From: Candidatus Babeliales bacterium
GTDB lineage: Bacteria > Babelota > Babeliae > Babelales > JANWKD01
DNA: 64,000 bases
Reading direction: 5' to 3'
NCBI GenBank assembly: GCA_963722075.1
Contig: CAVRJM010000001.1
Location: 1,312,001 to 1,376,000, forward strand
The position numbers and the translations under genes are program-made. The notes below the pieces were generated by a model. The model had not been told where the DNA came from. It ran no database searches and saw only the letters and a list, made by a program, of their open reading frames with translations. Shown here piece after piece: positions 1 to 9,458 of this stretch (position 1 is the stretch's first letter; each line of letters begins with the position of its first letter).

Positions 1-1764
1 GAAAAGGATCGCGTTGGATTAGTGGGATTAAATGGTAGTGGAAAATCTACCTTGTTAAAACTAATTGCAGATGCACTCACCACCGCCAATCCAGCTATTT
101 CTATACCAAAAACGAAAAAAATAGCCTATTTTCCACAAGAGATTGTTTTGCAATCAGATAAAACAATTTATGATGAAACATTTTCAAGTCGGCAGGATAT
201 TACTGATTTGCTTGCGCAAGCAGCACGCTTAGAAGAAAAACTGACCAATGCGTATGAAGATGCTGTTTTAGAAAAATATGTGGCGGTTCAAGAAAAGCTT
301 GCTCGTTTAAACGTGCATGAAGTAAAAGCAAAAGCAGAAGAAGTATTATTTGGGCTCGGGTTTACCCGTGAACAATTTGATAAGCCAGTCAATCAATTAA
401 GCGTTGGTTGGAAAATGAGAATCGTTCTGGCTAAATTATTGGTGCAAGATGCAGATTTTTACTTATTTGATGAACCCACTAACCATCTTGATATTGTAGC
501 CAAAGAATGGTTTTTACAATTTTTATTGAAATCTTCCTTTGGATTTATTTTAGTGTGCCATGAGCGCTATTTACTTAATAAAGCGTGTAGTTCTATTTTT
601 GAATTAGAACTTGGCAAAGGTAAAATGTTTACCGGTAATTATCAAAGATATCTAGAACTAAAAGAACGTGAATCAGCTATTCTTGAAGGTGCCTACGAAC
701 AGCAACAAAAACAGATCCAAGCAAAACAAGCAGTTATTGATCGATTCAGGGCAGGTACTCGAGCAAAAATGGCTCAAAGTATGTTAAAAGCGCTCGATAA
801 AGTAGAGCGAATCACCTTGCCACCAAAGCCTAAAAGCATTGCGATTGATTTTCCACCGATTGAATCATCAGCAAAGGTTGTATTACAGGTCAATAATGTT
901 GGCTATGCATTTAAAGATAAACCGCTTTTTAAGAACGTTAATTTTTCCTTAGAGCGGGGCGATAAAATGGCGCTGATTGCCCCTAACGGGATGGGTAAAA
1001 CCACGTTATTTAATCTTATTGCCGGTTGTTATCCGCTGCAGGAAGGTACGGTAACATTTGGTGATAGAGTTACCTTTGCACTTTTTGATCAGGATCAGAC
1101 CGCATCGTTACCGGCTGATAAAACTATTTTTCAGGCGTTGCAAGAAAGTTGTCCAACGGTGTCTACCAGCGTTATTCGTGGTATGCTTGGTGCATTTCTT
1201 TTTAGTGCTGATGATCAATATAAAAAAATCTCAGTGCTGAGCGGTGGTGAGAGAAATCGGGTGGGAATGATTAAGGTGCTTTTACAAAAAGCAAACTTAT
1301 TCTTGCTTGATGAACCAACTAACCATCTTGATATGCCTTCTAAAGAAGTGTTATTACAAGCGTTACAAGAATATAAAGGAACTATACTGTTTGTTTCACA
1401 TGATCAGGATTTTATTAATAAAGTAGCAAATAAAATTGCTGAGCTCACGCCACAAGGTGTTGCAGTATATACTGGCAATTATGATGATTTTGTATATCAA
1501 AAAAAGATGATCAATGCAGCGCAATCACAGCAACCTCAACAAGAACAGCGTAAAGAAGAAAAGAAAAAAAAAGCACAAACGTATATTTCAGTTGATACTA
1601 AATCATTAGAAAGTAAGCTTAAAAATTTGGAAAGATCGATAGAAAAAATGCAACTATCATTTGCTCAACTTATGTATGGCACGCCTGCATTTGAACAAGC
1701 ACAACAAAAGCTTAAAGATCTTGAAGAAGAGTATGAACAATTAATGGAAGAATGGGTTGGATAG
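1..1764 (+). CDS. ABC-F family ATP-binding protein (5' partial)
   Basis: Two ABC cassettes (GLNGSGKST / LSVGW / DEPTNHLD; APNGMGKT / LSGGE / DEPTNHLD), inter-ABC linker, C-terminal coiled coil, no TM segments; frame open from position 1. Confidence 0.92.
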   Translation, partial: EKDRVGLVGLNGSGKSTLLKLIADALTTANPAISIPKTKKIAYFPQEIVLQSDKTIYDETFSSRQDITDLLAQAARLEEKLTNAYEDAVLEKYVAVQEKLARLNVHEVKAKAEEVLFGLGFTREQFDKPVNQLSVGWKMRIVLAKLLVQDADFYLFDEPTNHLDIVAKEWFLQFLLKSSFGFILVCHERYLLNKACSSIFELELGKGKMFTGNYQRYLELKERESAILEGAYEQQQKQIQAKQAVIDRFRAGTRAKMAQSMLKALDKVERITLPPKPKSIAIDFPPIESSAKVVLQVNNVGYAFKDKPLFKNVNFSLERGDKMALIAPNGMGKTTLFNLIAGCYPLQEGTVTFGDRVTFALFDQDQTASLPADKTIFQALQESCPTVSTSVIRGMLGAFLFSADDQYKKISVLSGGERNRVGMIKVLLQKANLFLLDEPTNHLDMPSKEVLLQALQEYKGTILFVSHDQDFINKVANKIAELTPQGVAVYTGNYDDFVYQKKMINAAQSQQPQQEQRKEEKKKKAQTYISVDTKSLESKLKNLERSIEKMQLSFAQLMYGTPAFEQAQQKLKDLEEEYEQLMEEWVG

Positions 1765-1786
1765 GGGGCAATAAAATGCCCCCTTT
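1763..1786. terminator. Probable bidirectional intrinsic terminator
   Basis: AGGGGGCA-ataaaa-TGCCCCCT hairpin between convergent stop codons. Confidence 0.6.
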
Positions 1787-1788
1787 AT

Positions 1789-2568
1789 CTATTCAATAGC
1801 AAAATCAAAATAACTAGAATCTTGATTAGCAGGGTATGGCTCATTAACTAAAGTAAAATGCCACCATTCTTGATCATAATTTCTGAACCCATGTTTTTCC
1901 ATAACCGATTTTAAATAGGCACGATTTTCTTTTGCTTTTGCATCAATAAGTTCATTTTCTGTATGCGATGCGGTATCAAACAGATCAAAGGAAGAACCCA
2001 TATCTACCGTACCATCATCTAAAAATGTAATAGTAAACCCATCCTTGAGCGTACGATCTTGTTTTTCAATCGAATGTACTTTTTGACCCTCCTTTATAAT
2101 AGTAAGGTCTATAGTACTTCCTCTGGAATGGCCCGAGCGTTTAGCAACATAGCCAAGTTCAAATACTTTTGCTTTATCAACCCGTGGGTAGTATTCATCT
2201 TTTTTTACTTGATCAGTTTGGTCTTGGCTCCATTGTATAAAATTATTTACCGCTTGTTGTGGGCGGTATGCATCATAGATAACTAAACAATACCCATTTT
2301 TTTTAAGTTCTTCTTGAACTTTTTTTAATGCATTCGCCGCTTCTTTAGTAAGAACCACGGTAGATTTTTTATACCCGTCAACCGGTTTGCCAACAAAATT
2401 TTCATTACTAAAATAGCGCAGAGAAGTTTCGATAGAATCATCGCATTCATGCAGCTCAATAAACCCTTTTTCACGAGCTTCTTGAGTAATGCCATATATA
2501 AACCCGAACGTGATTATGCTAGAAAATAGAACAGCATACATGCGTTTTTTGAATGTGAAGGTCATCAT
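1789..2568 (-). CDS. ddpX: D-alanyl-D-alanine dipeptidase (peptidase M15, VanX/DdpX type) with N-terminal signal or anchor
   Basis: YDAYRPQ, SGHSRGSTIDLT, DMGSSFD and EWWHF motifs; AAGGAG RBS supports a start at 2568 rather than 2616. Confidence 0.9.
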   Translation of the reverse strand: MMTFTFKKRMYAVLFSSIITFGFIYGITQEAREKGFIELHECDDSIETSLRYFSNENFVGKPVDGYKKSTVVLTKEAANALKKVQEELKKNGYCLVIYDAYRPQQAVNNFIQWSQDQTDQVKKDEYYPRVDKAKVFELGYVAKRSGHSRGSTIDLTIIKEGQKVHSIEKQDRTLKDGFTITFLDDGTVDMGSSFDLFDTASHTENELIDAKAKENRAYLKSVMEKHGFRNYDQEWWHFTLVNEPYPANQDSSYFDFAIE

Positions 2569-2708
2569 AAGAGACTCCTTGTGTAAAGTTTGGTTTTTAA
2601 GGTCACCACGTAGCATAACGTAGAATTTTTAATTTGAAAAAGGCCCTCAGTGCTTACCTGGAAATGATGCTAAATTATGCTTCTGTCGATTATTTGCGTG
2701 TGATCATG

Positions 2709-2933
2709 TCATATGTTTTGTGCAGGTTGTTGGTCTTCAATGGGAATAGGTTTTTGAATATGTGAGGCGTAAATCAGTGCCCTAATTTGATAAATGCAAT
2801 ATCCTGCCAATGCAAAGCTGGCTATTTTAAGAACTATATACATTGGTAAATTATTACTAATTGCTTGGTCAATAAAAGGGGATTCGGGTGTTTTTTTTAG
2901 CGGCTGGATTAACGTAGATGGATGGGAATCCAT
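2709..2933 (-). pseudogene. Probable gene remnant (C-terminal TM segment) fused to a repeat fragment
   Basis: First 8 codons (MDSHPSTL) match the nested repeat at 53325-53348; the remainder resembles a C-terminal membrane anchor. Confidence 0.45.
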
Positions 2934-3032
2934 TAATTAATATCTACCCTTACATTGTTTTTACGAGCGTCTTCAGATACCATATATAATGCTAAAAATA
3001 TTTTTTTTGATAAAGGTTATCATTGCATAATT

Positions 3033-4214
3033 ATGAGTTCGCCTCTTAACGAATCTGTACAAAAAACATCTCTTCAATATATACAAGAAAATTTGTTTTC
3101 TACTTGGTTGGAAATTGATAAACAAGCATTAGAACACAACATCAAAAGTTATAAAAAAATAACCCAGCCAGCGTTGCTTGCATTGGTTATAAAAAGTAAT
3201 GCCTATGGGCATGGTATGCAAGAAATTGCAGCGCTCTGTGATAAAAATAATTTAGTTGATTATTTATGTACCGTTAACCTCTCTGAAGCCATTCAGTTAC
3301 GATCCAAGGGAATAAAAAAACCAATTGTTGCATTAAGCATTCTTGATGAAAATTTTGAAAAAGCGCTTTTTCATTCGATTGATGTTGCCGTGTATGATAT
3401 GCAGACGGTATTGCAATTAAATGCTGTGGGCCAAATAGCGCAAAAAAAAGTGAACATACATATTAAAATAGATACCGGGCTTTCACGCTTAGGGTTTTTA
3501 GTTAATGATGCGCTTCCTATCATAAAGCAGATATATCAATTGCCCTATATTACGATTAAAGGAATCTTTACTCATTTTGCGGAAGCTGAAAATAGTGATC
3601 AAACATTTACTAATCAACAAATTTCGCGCTTTACCATGCTTCTTGATACCCTGGAAAAAGAGGGGATTATAATACCATTGAAGCACAGTTCGTGTTCAGC
3701 AGCAGCGACAGCAAATTCGCTGAGCCATTTCACCATGGCGCGCGTGGGAATAGGTCTCTATGGGTTATGGCCATCACCTGAAAATAAGCACATAACCAAC
3801 AATATGCATCCTCATTTTTCGCTAAAACCAGTGCTCACCTGGAAAACGAGAATCTTACAAATTAAAGAAGTTCCGGCTGGCAGCTCAATAGGATATGATC
3901 GTACTTTTTTTGCTGAAAAACCAATGCGCATTGCCATTTTGCAAATTGGCTATTGGGATGGCTATGATCGGCAATTATCAAATAAAGGAATTGTTATGAT
4001 CAATAATCATTATGCTCGAGTGGTAGGCAGAGTTGCCATGAATCTATGTATGATTGATATTACCTCATTGCCAGTATCACTTAATGATGAAGTGATACTG
4101 TTGGGTAATTACCCGGGAGTAACGGCTGATGATTTGGCAGATCGTTGCCAAACTATTAATTATGAGATGGTGACGCGTATCAATCCGCAATTACCAAGAA
4201 TAATAAAAGATTAG
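3033..4214 (+). CDS. alr: Alanine racemase
   Basis: VIKSNAYGHG PLP-lysine motif, HIKIDTGLSRLG, IGYD, GYWDG, GRVAMN, TINYE; ATG at 3033. Confidence 0.95.
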   Translation: MSSPLNESVQKTSLQYIQENLFSTWLEIDKQALEHNIKSYKKITQPALLALVIKSNAYGHGMQEIAALCDKNNLVDYLCTVNLSEAIQLRSKGIKKPIVALSILDENFEKALFHSIDVAVYDMQTVLQLNAVGQIAQKKVNIHIKIDTGLSRLGFLVNDALPIIKQIYQLPYITIKGIFTHFAEAENSDQTFTNQQISRFTMLLDTLEKEGIIIPLKHSSCSAAATANSLSHFTMARVGIGLYGLWPSPENKHITNNMHPHFSLKPVLTWKTRILQIKEVPAGSSIGYDRTFFAEKPMRIAILQIGYWDGYDRQLSNKGIVMINNHYARVVGRVAMNLCMIDITSLPVSLNDEVILLGNYPGVTADDLADRCQTINYEMVTRINPQLPRIIKD

Positions 4215-4222
4215 TTAATTTA

Positions 4223-4717
4223 TTATTGTTTATCAAAATTCATGATAATAAGCGGATTTCCTAATGCAGCAACAAATTTTTGTAGATCCTGTGGCATTAA
4301 AACGGTGGTTGCATTATTTTCAAGCGGATGGCATCCAATTTGAGTTTGTTCAAAAATGCAAGAATCTAAAACAACTGAAACTTCATGATGAGTATCATTA
4401 ATGAGTGCAAGTGGCGTCACTGAACCGGGAGTTACTTTCAAATAACGCATTAATTCTTGTTCATTAGCAAAGCGAAGCTCTGGTGCGGATAATTTTTTGG
4501 CAACGTCTTTTAAGCGGATTGCGGTATCAAATAAAGCGGTAATGAGCCAAAAACGTTTTTTCTTGTCTTTTAAAAAGAGATTTTTCACATGCGTTGCGGG
4601 AACATGTGCAGTTGCTTGTGCTTGTTCAACGGTAAATACCGGTTCATGAACATAGGTTGTTGTTTCTATTGAAAGCTGTTGTAAATAACCAAATAGTTTT
4701 TGTTGGTTTTCGTTCAT
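4223..4717 (-). CDS. YbaK/ProX-family aminoacyl-tRNA deacylase
   Basis: H-P-VFTVE, KNLFLKDKK, VTPGSVTPLAL and HPLEN motifs of ProXp-ala-type editing domains. Confidence 0.88.
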   Translation of the reverse strand: MNENQQKLFGYLQQLSIETTTYVHEPVFTVEQAQATAHVPATHVKNLFLKDKKKRFWLITALFDTAIRLKDVAKKLSAPELRFANEQELMRYLKVTPGSVTPLALINDTHHEVSVVLDSCIFEQTQIGCHPLENNATTVLMPQDLQKFVAALGNPLIIMNFDKQ

Positions 4718-4847
4718 ACATATTTCTTATTATAATATTTCTATTAGAATTAATTTTAAAATTTTATTAACAAAAGTTGATCTCTTATAAAAAATGTTTA
4801 ATTTATTTAGTAATTATATTTTATGTTTTAAAATCAACAAGGTGTAT

Positions 4848-5276
4848 ATGTTTAAAAAATTTCTATTTTTATCATTAACATTATTCAATTTACATAATTG
4901 TCTTTCTATGAACACAAAAGAGCTTAAACAAACACGTATTCAAGAAGAAAATGGGAAGCCTTTTTATTCAGTAGAGTTTGAAGATACATGGGGTGATACC
5001 GATGCTCAAGCGCTATACAAATTTAAATCGCTCTATTCATTTTCAGAAAAGCCATCCTCTGAACTAGGTCAACTATTTTCTTCAAATGAAGATCATCGAC
5101 CATATCAACGGTTAATTGTAAACCGTCATTATGCACAATTACCATTTTATAAAAGACATGCCGGTAAATTTGGCTTGGGTGCAGGGTTATTGGTTGGCAT
5201 TTTTGGAATAGGAATGGCTTGTTCAGTTACCAAATTTTCAAATTGGTTATCAGAATGGAAAATATTTAATCCATAA
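4848..5276 (+). CDS. Hypothetical secreted protein with C-terminal TM helix
   Basis: Signal peptide MFKKFLF...CLS followed by MNT; Gly-rich hydrophobic C-terminus. Confidence 0.7.
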   Translation: MFKKFLFLSLTLFNLHNCLSMNTKELKQTRIQEENGKPFYSVEFEDTWGDTDAQALYKFKSLYSFSEKPSSELGQLFSSNEDHRPYQRLIVNRHYAQLPFYKRHAGKFGLGAGLLVGIFGIGMACSVTKFSNWLSEWKIFNP

Positions 5277-5796
5277 TTTTTATAAAGTTAAAAAAATCGT
5301 CAATTTCTTTGAATGATTTTAATATATAAATCTGTTTTTCATCTTTATATTCTTCAAGAATAGTTAAAATCATGTTTTTATAAAGTTTATTAAAATGCCA
5401 TACCCATTTTAGAAATTGTAAAAACTCAATACTCAATAATCGCTGTGGGCAGTTCTCAGGGCTGCCCGGAAGCACAATGCCTCTATTTAAGAATGCACGT
5501 TTTATTACGTACCAAATGCACTTGTAGCGCGGTACATCAAGAAAAATAATAACATTGGCATAAAAAGCTCTTTTATAAAATACCCGATAATAAGAACCTT
5601 CCATAATCCAGGAATCGCGCTCACATAATTCATCATGAATGGCATCAAAAACTTCAAATTCAATGCGTTTCCAATGAGGCTTCCAATAATATTGATCTAA
5701 ATGATAGAGAGGGAGATTATGTTTTTCTTTGAGTTTGAATGCAAGGGTAGTTTTGCCTGAGCCGGCACAGCCTATGATGGCTATTCTTTTAGTCAT
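5266..5796 (-). CDS. P-loop adenylate-kinase-like protein (topology modulation protein/FlaR type)
   Basis: GCAGSGKTT, HLDQYYWKP.W, WIMEGSY, IFLD.PR. Confidence 0.85.
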   Translation of the reverse strand: MTKRIAIIGCAGSGKTTLAFKLKEKHNLPLYHLDQYYWKPHWKRIEFEVFDAIHDELCERDSWIMEGSYYRVFYKRAFYANVIIFLDVPRYKCIWYVIKRAFLNRGIVLPGSPENCPQRLLSIEFLQFLKWVWHFNKLYKNMILTILEEYKDEKQIYILKSFKEIDDFFNFIKIMD

Positions 5797-5830
5797 ATTT
5801 TATATGAGTTTTGAGGAATTAATTCTATAA

Positions 5831-6055
5831 CTGGATTCTTACGGCCTAAAGCCCTCAGAATAACAGGATTTCTAATGATTGTCATACTAAGGAGCGTATG
5901 CGACGTAAGGATCCAGTGAATAAATAAATCAAACATTTTAATTTTAATTGATCGATTCGTAAACCGTGTCCGCCGAAGCCGATCAAGCGAAGGCTGGGTC
6001 GCAACCGATGGCTTTCGATCTATGTCGTCACGAGCCGAAGGCGTGGTGATCCAGT
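5831..6055. repeat. Cluster of family-1 palindromic repeats (5831-5864, 5881-5917, 6024-6055) plus a family-2 hairpin (5968-5997)
   Basis: GTCRT...ATCCAG units in both orientations. Confidence 0.85.
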
Positions 6056-6108
6056 ATTTTTATTAACCTTTGAGTATAATAGTTTCTGCAAAAATCAATA
6101 TACAGGAT

Positions 6109-6966
6109 TTATAATGCCATATCACAATAAACAGGGTGATGGTCGCTGGCAAATACGTCGCTCTGAGGAATTACACAATGAGTAATAACGGTAATTGGTG
6201 AAGTAAGGGTATCGCGCATTAAAATATGGTCAATCCATTTGTAGTTATCATAATACCATCCAGTTGCAGTATAATCAGGGCCTGATTTGTGTGTAGCAAT
6301 CTCTTTTACGTGAATAAAAGGATGGCAGATTTGTTTGATGGCTCCCTTAAATTCAGTATTAAAATCACCCATTAAAATGACTGGAATAGTAGGATCTTGC
6401 ATTCTTACATGGTCCATAATGGTATAAATGCCGCTCAATTGTGCTGCTCTGTACATATGATCTAAATGGGTGTTGTATACTATGATTTCTTGATCGGTAG
6501 CGTTTATTTTAAAATGCGCCATCGTACAAATACGGGGTAACCAACCGGTGAAAGGGGCATCCCAAGGCAACCATCCCAGTAAAGAATCAACCGTGTTAAT
6601 GAAAAAAGTTTCAGAAGAAAGAAGTGACAATACAGAAGTATTATAAAAGATAGGAGTATATTCATCCTTTGCTAATCCCCACCAGCTTGAGCCGCGACCC
6701 GTGCCACAATAACTAAAATGGGGCAATGCTTCAACTAAATCATTAATTTGGTCAGTAATAGGTTCTTGAAGTCCAATAAGATCTGGGTTTGTTTCTTGTA
6801 GGATGTTCACTACAAGAGGTAATCGATTGGACCATTCGTGTTGCTCTTGTTTTTCATAACCTTTACGACGAATGTTATAGGTCATAACTCGTAAAGGCAC
6901 TGCTAATGCGTTACTTGATAAAAAGAAAAAGGTGATAAAAGAAAGAATTGATTTTTTACATCTCAT
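6109..6966 (-). CDS. Secreted endonuclease/exonuclease/phosphatase (EEP) family protein
   Basis: MTYNIR, PDLIGLQE, NTHLDH, GDFN, IDHI, SDHHPV; signal peptide. Confidence 0.9.
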   Translation of the reverse strand: MRCKKSILSFITFFFLSSNALAVPLRVMTYNIRRKGYEKQEQHEWSNRLPLVVNILQETNPDLIGLQEPITDQINDLVEALPHFSYCGTGRGSSWWGLAKDEYTPIFYNTSVLSLLSSETFFINTVDSLLGWLPWDAPFTGWLPRICTMAHFKINATDQEIIVYNTHLDHMYRAAQLSGIYTIMDHVRMQDPTIPVILMGDFNTEFKGAIKQICHPFIHVKEIATHKSGPDYTATGWYYDNYKWIDHILMRDTLTSPITVITHCVIPQSDVFASDHHPVYCDMAL

Positions 6967-7179
6967 AATAACCTCACTATATAATTATTATATAGTATAA
7001 TTATAAAATGGCAACAATATGTGCTTTATCAAAATGAAATAATCTCTAATAGTGCAATCATGCAATGAACTATTTTGCGTAATTTCAAATATAAATTATA
7101 GATATGTGAAAATTTGACATGAAATTCTTTTTGAGTATAAAATAAAGCATAAAAAGCTATATTATTAGGGGAAAAAATC

Positions 7180-7866
7180 ATGTTGTTAAAGAAATATTGG
7201 ATGATGCTTTTTATAAGTATATTCTTTTTACCAAGAATACATGCAGACAATGCGCTTTCATCTCAAAAAATCATAGCAATATCATACCAGAAGATAATTG
7301 CACATCGGGATTGGAAATTAACATTTAAGAAAGCTGCGCGTGCCTTTAAAAAGATTTCATTAAAAGACCTTCCTAAAGGGTTTAAAGTAATGGGGGCTAC
7401 CTTAAAGAAGCACTTTAAGGGTGCAGAAATTAAATTGGATCAACTAATACAAGAATATTCCTTTTTAAATAAGTATAGAGAATTAATGTATGAAGTTGCT
7501 ACTGCAGCGTACCATGATGCGCACATGATTATGTTATTAGAAAAACTTAAAGCAAAAGGGGTGCTGCTCGTATTAGCAACTAATACACCGGCTGATTGGA
7601 TTGAATATCTAAAAGGGCATCAAGAGTGCTTTAAGCTTTTTGATCTATATTGTTTGGGTTCTGGTGATTTTGGTAGAAAGCCTGATTTTAAATATCTGCA
7701 GAATTTGCATGCCGCAGTTTCAAATGAGGATTCCCCCATTTTGATTATTGATTCAGATGCCCAAAATGTAAAAAAGATGCAATGTGATGAACTGAATATT
7801 CAATCAATACAATTTACAACACCGCAAGAGCTTGAAATACAGTTAATTGAACTTGGTTATTTATAA
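7180..7866 (+). CDS. HAD-fold protein with signal peptide, catalytic motif I degenerate
   Basis: LATNT, RKPD and IIDSDAQNV (motifs II-IV); no N-terminal DxD. Confidence 0.6.
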   Translation: MLLKKYWMMLFISIFFLPRIHADNALSSQKIIAISYQKIIAHRDWKLTFKKAARAFKKISLKDLPKGFKVMGATLKKHFKGAEIKLDQLIQEYSFLNKYRELMYEVATAAYHDAHMIMLLEKLKAKGVLLVLATNTPADWIEYLKGHQECFKLFDLYCLGSGDFGRKPDFKYLQNLHAAVSNEDSPILIIDSDAQNVKKMQCDELNIQSIQFTTPQELEIQLIELGYL

Positions 7867-7937
7867 TTTCTCTTTTTGTTTTTTATTAAACAATTAATTA
7901 TCATAGGAATAATTAATTTATTTACGATAGGGAAATT

Positions 7938-8282
7938 ATGATAGTAAGAAATTCACTGTTATTGGTTATTTTTTCATGTTGTGCAATTGACAGCTTATTG
8001 ACTATGGATAAAATGGAAATAAAAATTCAAAGAAAACTTTTTAAAATTGCGCGCAATCCATTATTAGTGGAATATCCAAATCAAACAGATCAGAAAGCTT
8101 TTTTACAATATAAAAAAGATCAAGAAATTGCTTTTGAAAGCGGTAAATTTTACACCTGTGAAATAATTAAGCATCCTACAGCTATAGGTTATTTATATAG
8201 CAAAATGTCGCAAGTATCTGATTTGAGGCGCATATTAATTGAATCTTTTTCTTACATAATATTTCCCGATGAAAAAAATTAG
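7938..8282 (+). CDS. Hypothetical secreted protein
   Basis: Signal peptide ...SLLT followed by MDK. Confidence 0.55.
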   Translation: MIVRNSLLLVIFSCCAIDSLLTMDKMEIKIQRKLFKIARNPLLVEYPNQTDQKAFLQYKKDQEIAFESGKFYTCEIIKHPTAIGYLYSKMSQVSDLRRILIESFSYIIFPDEKN

Positions 8283-9018
8283 TTCAGTTCACAATGAAGA
8301 AATAAAGGCAATAGTAAAATTACATACGGTAAAAGGACGTAAAGAACAAAAGCGCTTTTTTGCCGAAGGGTATACCGTATGTGCTACGTTAATTGCTGCT
8401 GGTTATAAACCACTGCAGGTATACAGCACCGAATTACTCTTACCCCAGGCACAGCAACTAGCAGGCGTGCGGTTCATAACCGTTGTTGATTCCATAGTGC
8501 TCGCCAAAATGTCGGCAGCGCAAACGCCAAGCGGTATTTTATCAGTATTTTCATTGCCATCAATGCCCGAACCAGCATTATTAAGTGCTGGCATAGTGCT
8601 CTATAATGTTACCGATCCGGGTAATATGGGTACCTTATTAAGAACATGCGCAGCCATGGGCAAAAAAACTGCCGTAATAATAGAGGGTGCCGATCCTTGG
8701 AGCCCTAAAGTGGTACAAGCATCAGCGGGAACGCTTGGTTTATTAGATATTTTTGAACTGAGTTGGCCGTTGCTAAAGATGCACCAGCGGGATTTGCAAT
8801 TGCATGCATTGGTATGCAAGGGCGGCAAAACAATTGATAAAAAGACACAGGATAATATACTATTTCTTGTAGGCAATGAAGCACAGGGGATTCCTGAACA
8901 TATTGTTCAAGAATGTGATCAACAAATTACCTTAGAAATGCCGGGTAAGATTGATAGTTTAAATGTTGCTGTTGCGGGTTCCATTGCGTTATATTTAGCA
9001 TGGTACACTTCTTCATAG
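8269..9018 (+). CDS. TrmH/SpoU family RNA methyltransferase
   Basis: DPGNMGTLLRT, GNEAQG, SLNVAVAG. Confidence 0.92.
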   Translation: MKKISSVHNEEIKAIVKLHTVKGRKEQKRFFAEGYTVCATLIAAGYKPLQVYSTELLLPQAQQLAGVRFITVVDSIVLAKMSAAQTPSGILSVFSLPSMPEPALLSAGIVLYNVTDPGNMGTLLRTCAAMGKKTAVIIEGADPWSPKVVQASAGTLGLLDIFELSWPLLKMHQRDLQLHALVCKGGKTIDKKTQDNILFLVGNEAQGIPEHIVQECDQQITLEMPGKIDSLNVAVAGSIALYLAWYTSS

Positions 9019-9031
9019 TGAAAGGTATTTT

Positions 9032-9421
9032 ATGAACTATATTTTATTACTAATGAGTCTGGCAATAATGACTTCTTCGTTACAAGCAATGAGATCTAAA
9101 GATGATACAAATCTTCCCAATAGAATTTACGGTAATAGCCGTGCAAATTCTGAAAATGAACCGCGTGTAGTAACGCTTCGTGTTTTATTAAATGCTAATA
9201 CCCACAATATTACTATGCAAGATCGTGAATTATTAACCGATTCTCCTTATTTGGTGCGCCCTCTTACTCGAGCGCAGCCTATATCAATGCAGTATAGATT
9301 ACCATGGATTCCGGGTACCCATTACAGGTCATTAGAAGATTGTTGTTGGTTAGGATTTTATTGTAGTGCTGCTGCAGGAATCGTGGGAATGGCATATTTA
9401 GCTTCGATGTTTGGTCAATAA
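9032..9421 (+). CDS. Hypothetical secreted protein with C-terminal TM helix
   Basis: Signal peptide ...LQA followed by MRS; hydrophobic C-terminus. Confidence 0.65.
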   Translation: MNYILLLMSLAIMTSSLQAMRSKDDTNLPNRIYGNSRANSENEPRVVTLRVLLNANTHNITMQDRELLTDSPYLVRPLTRAQPISMQYRLPWIPGTHYRSLEDCCWLGFYCSAAAGIVGMAYLASMFGQ

Positions 9422-9458
9422 AATGTCACACAACTACTATTTGGATGCAATATAAATA

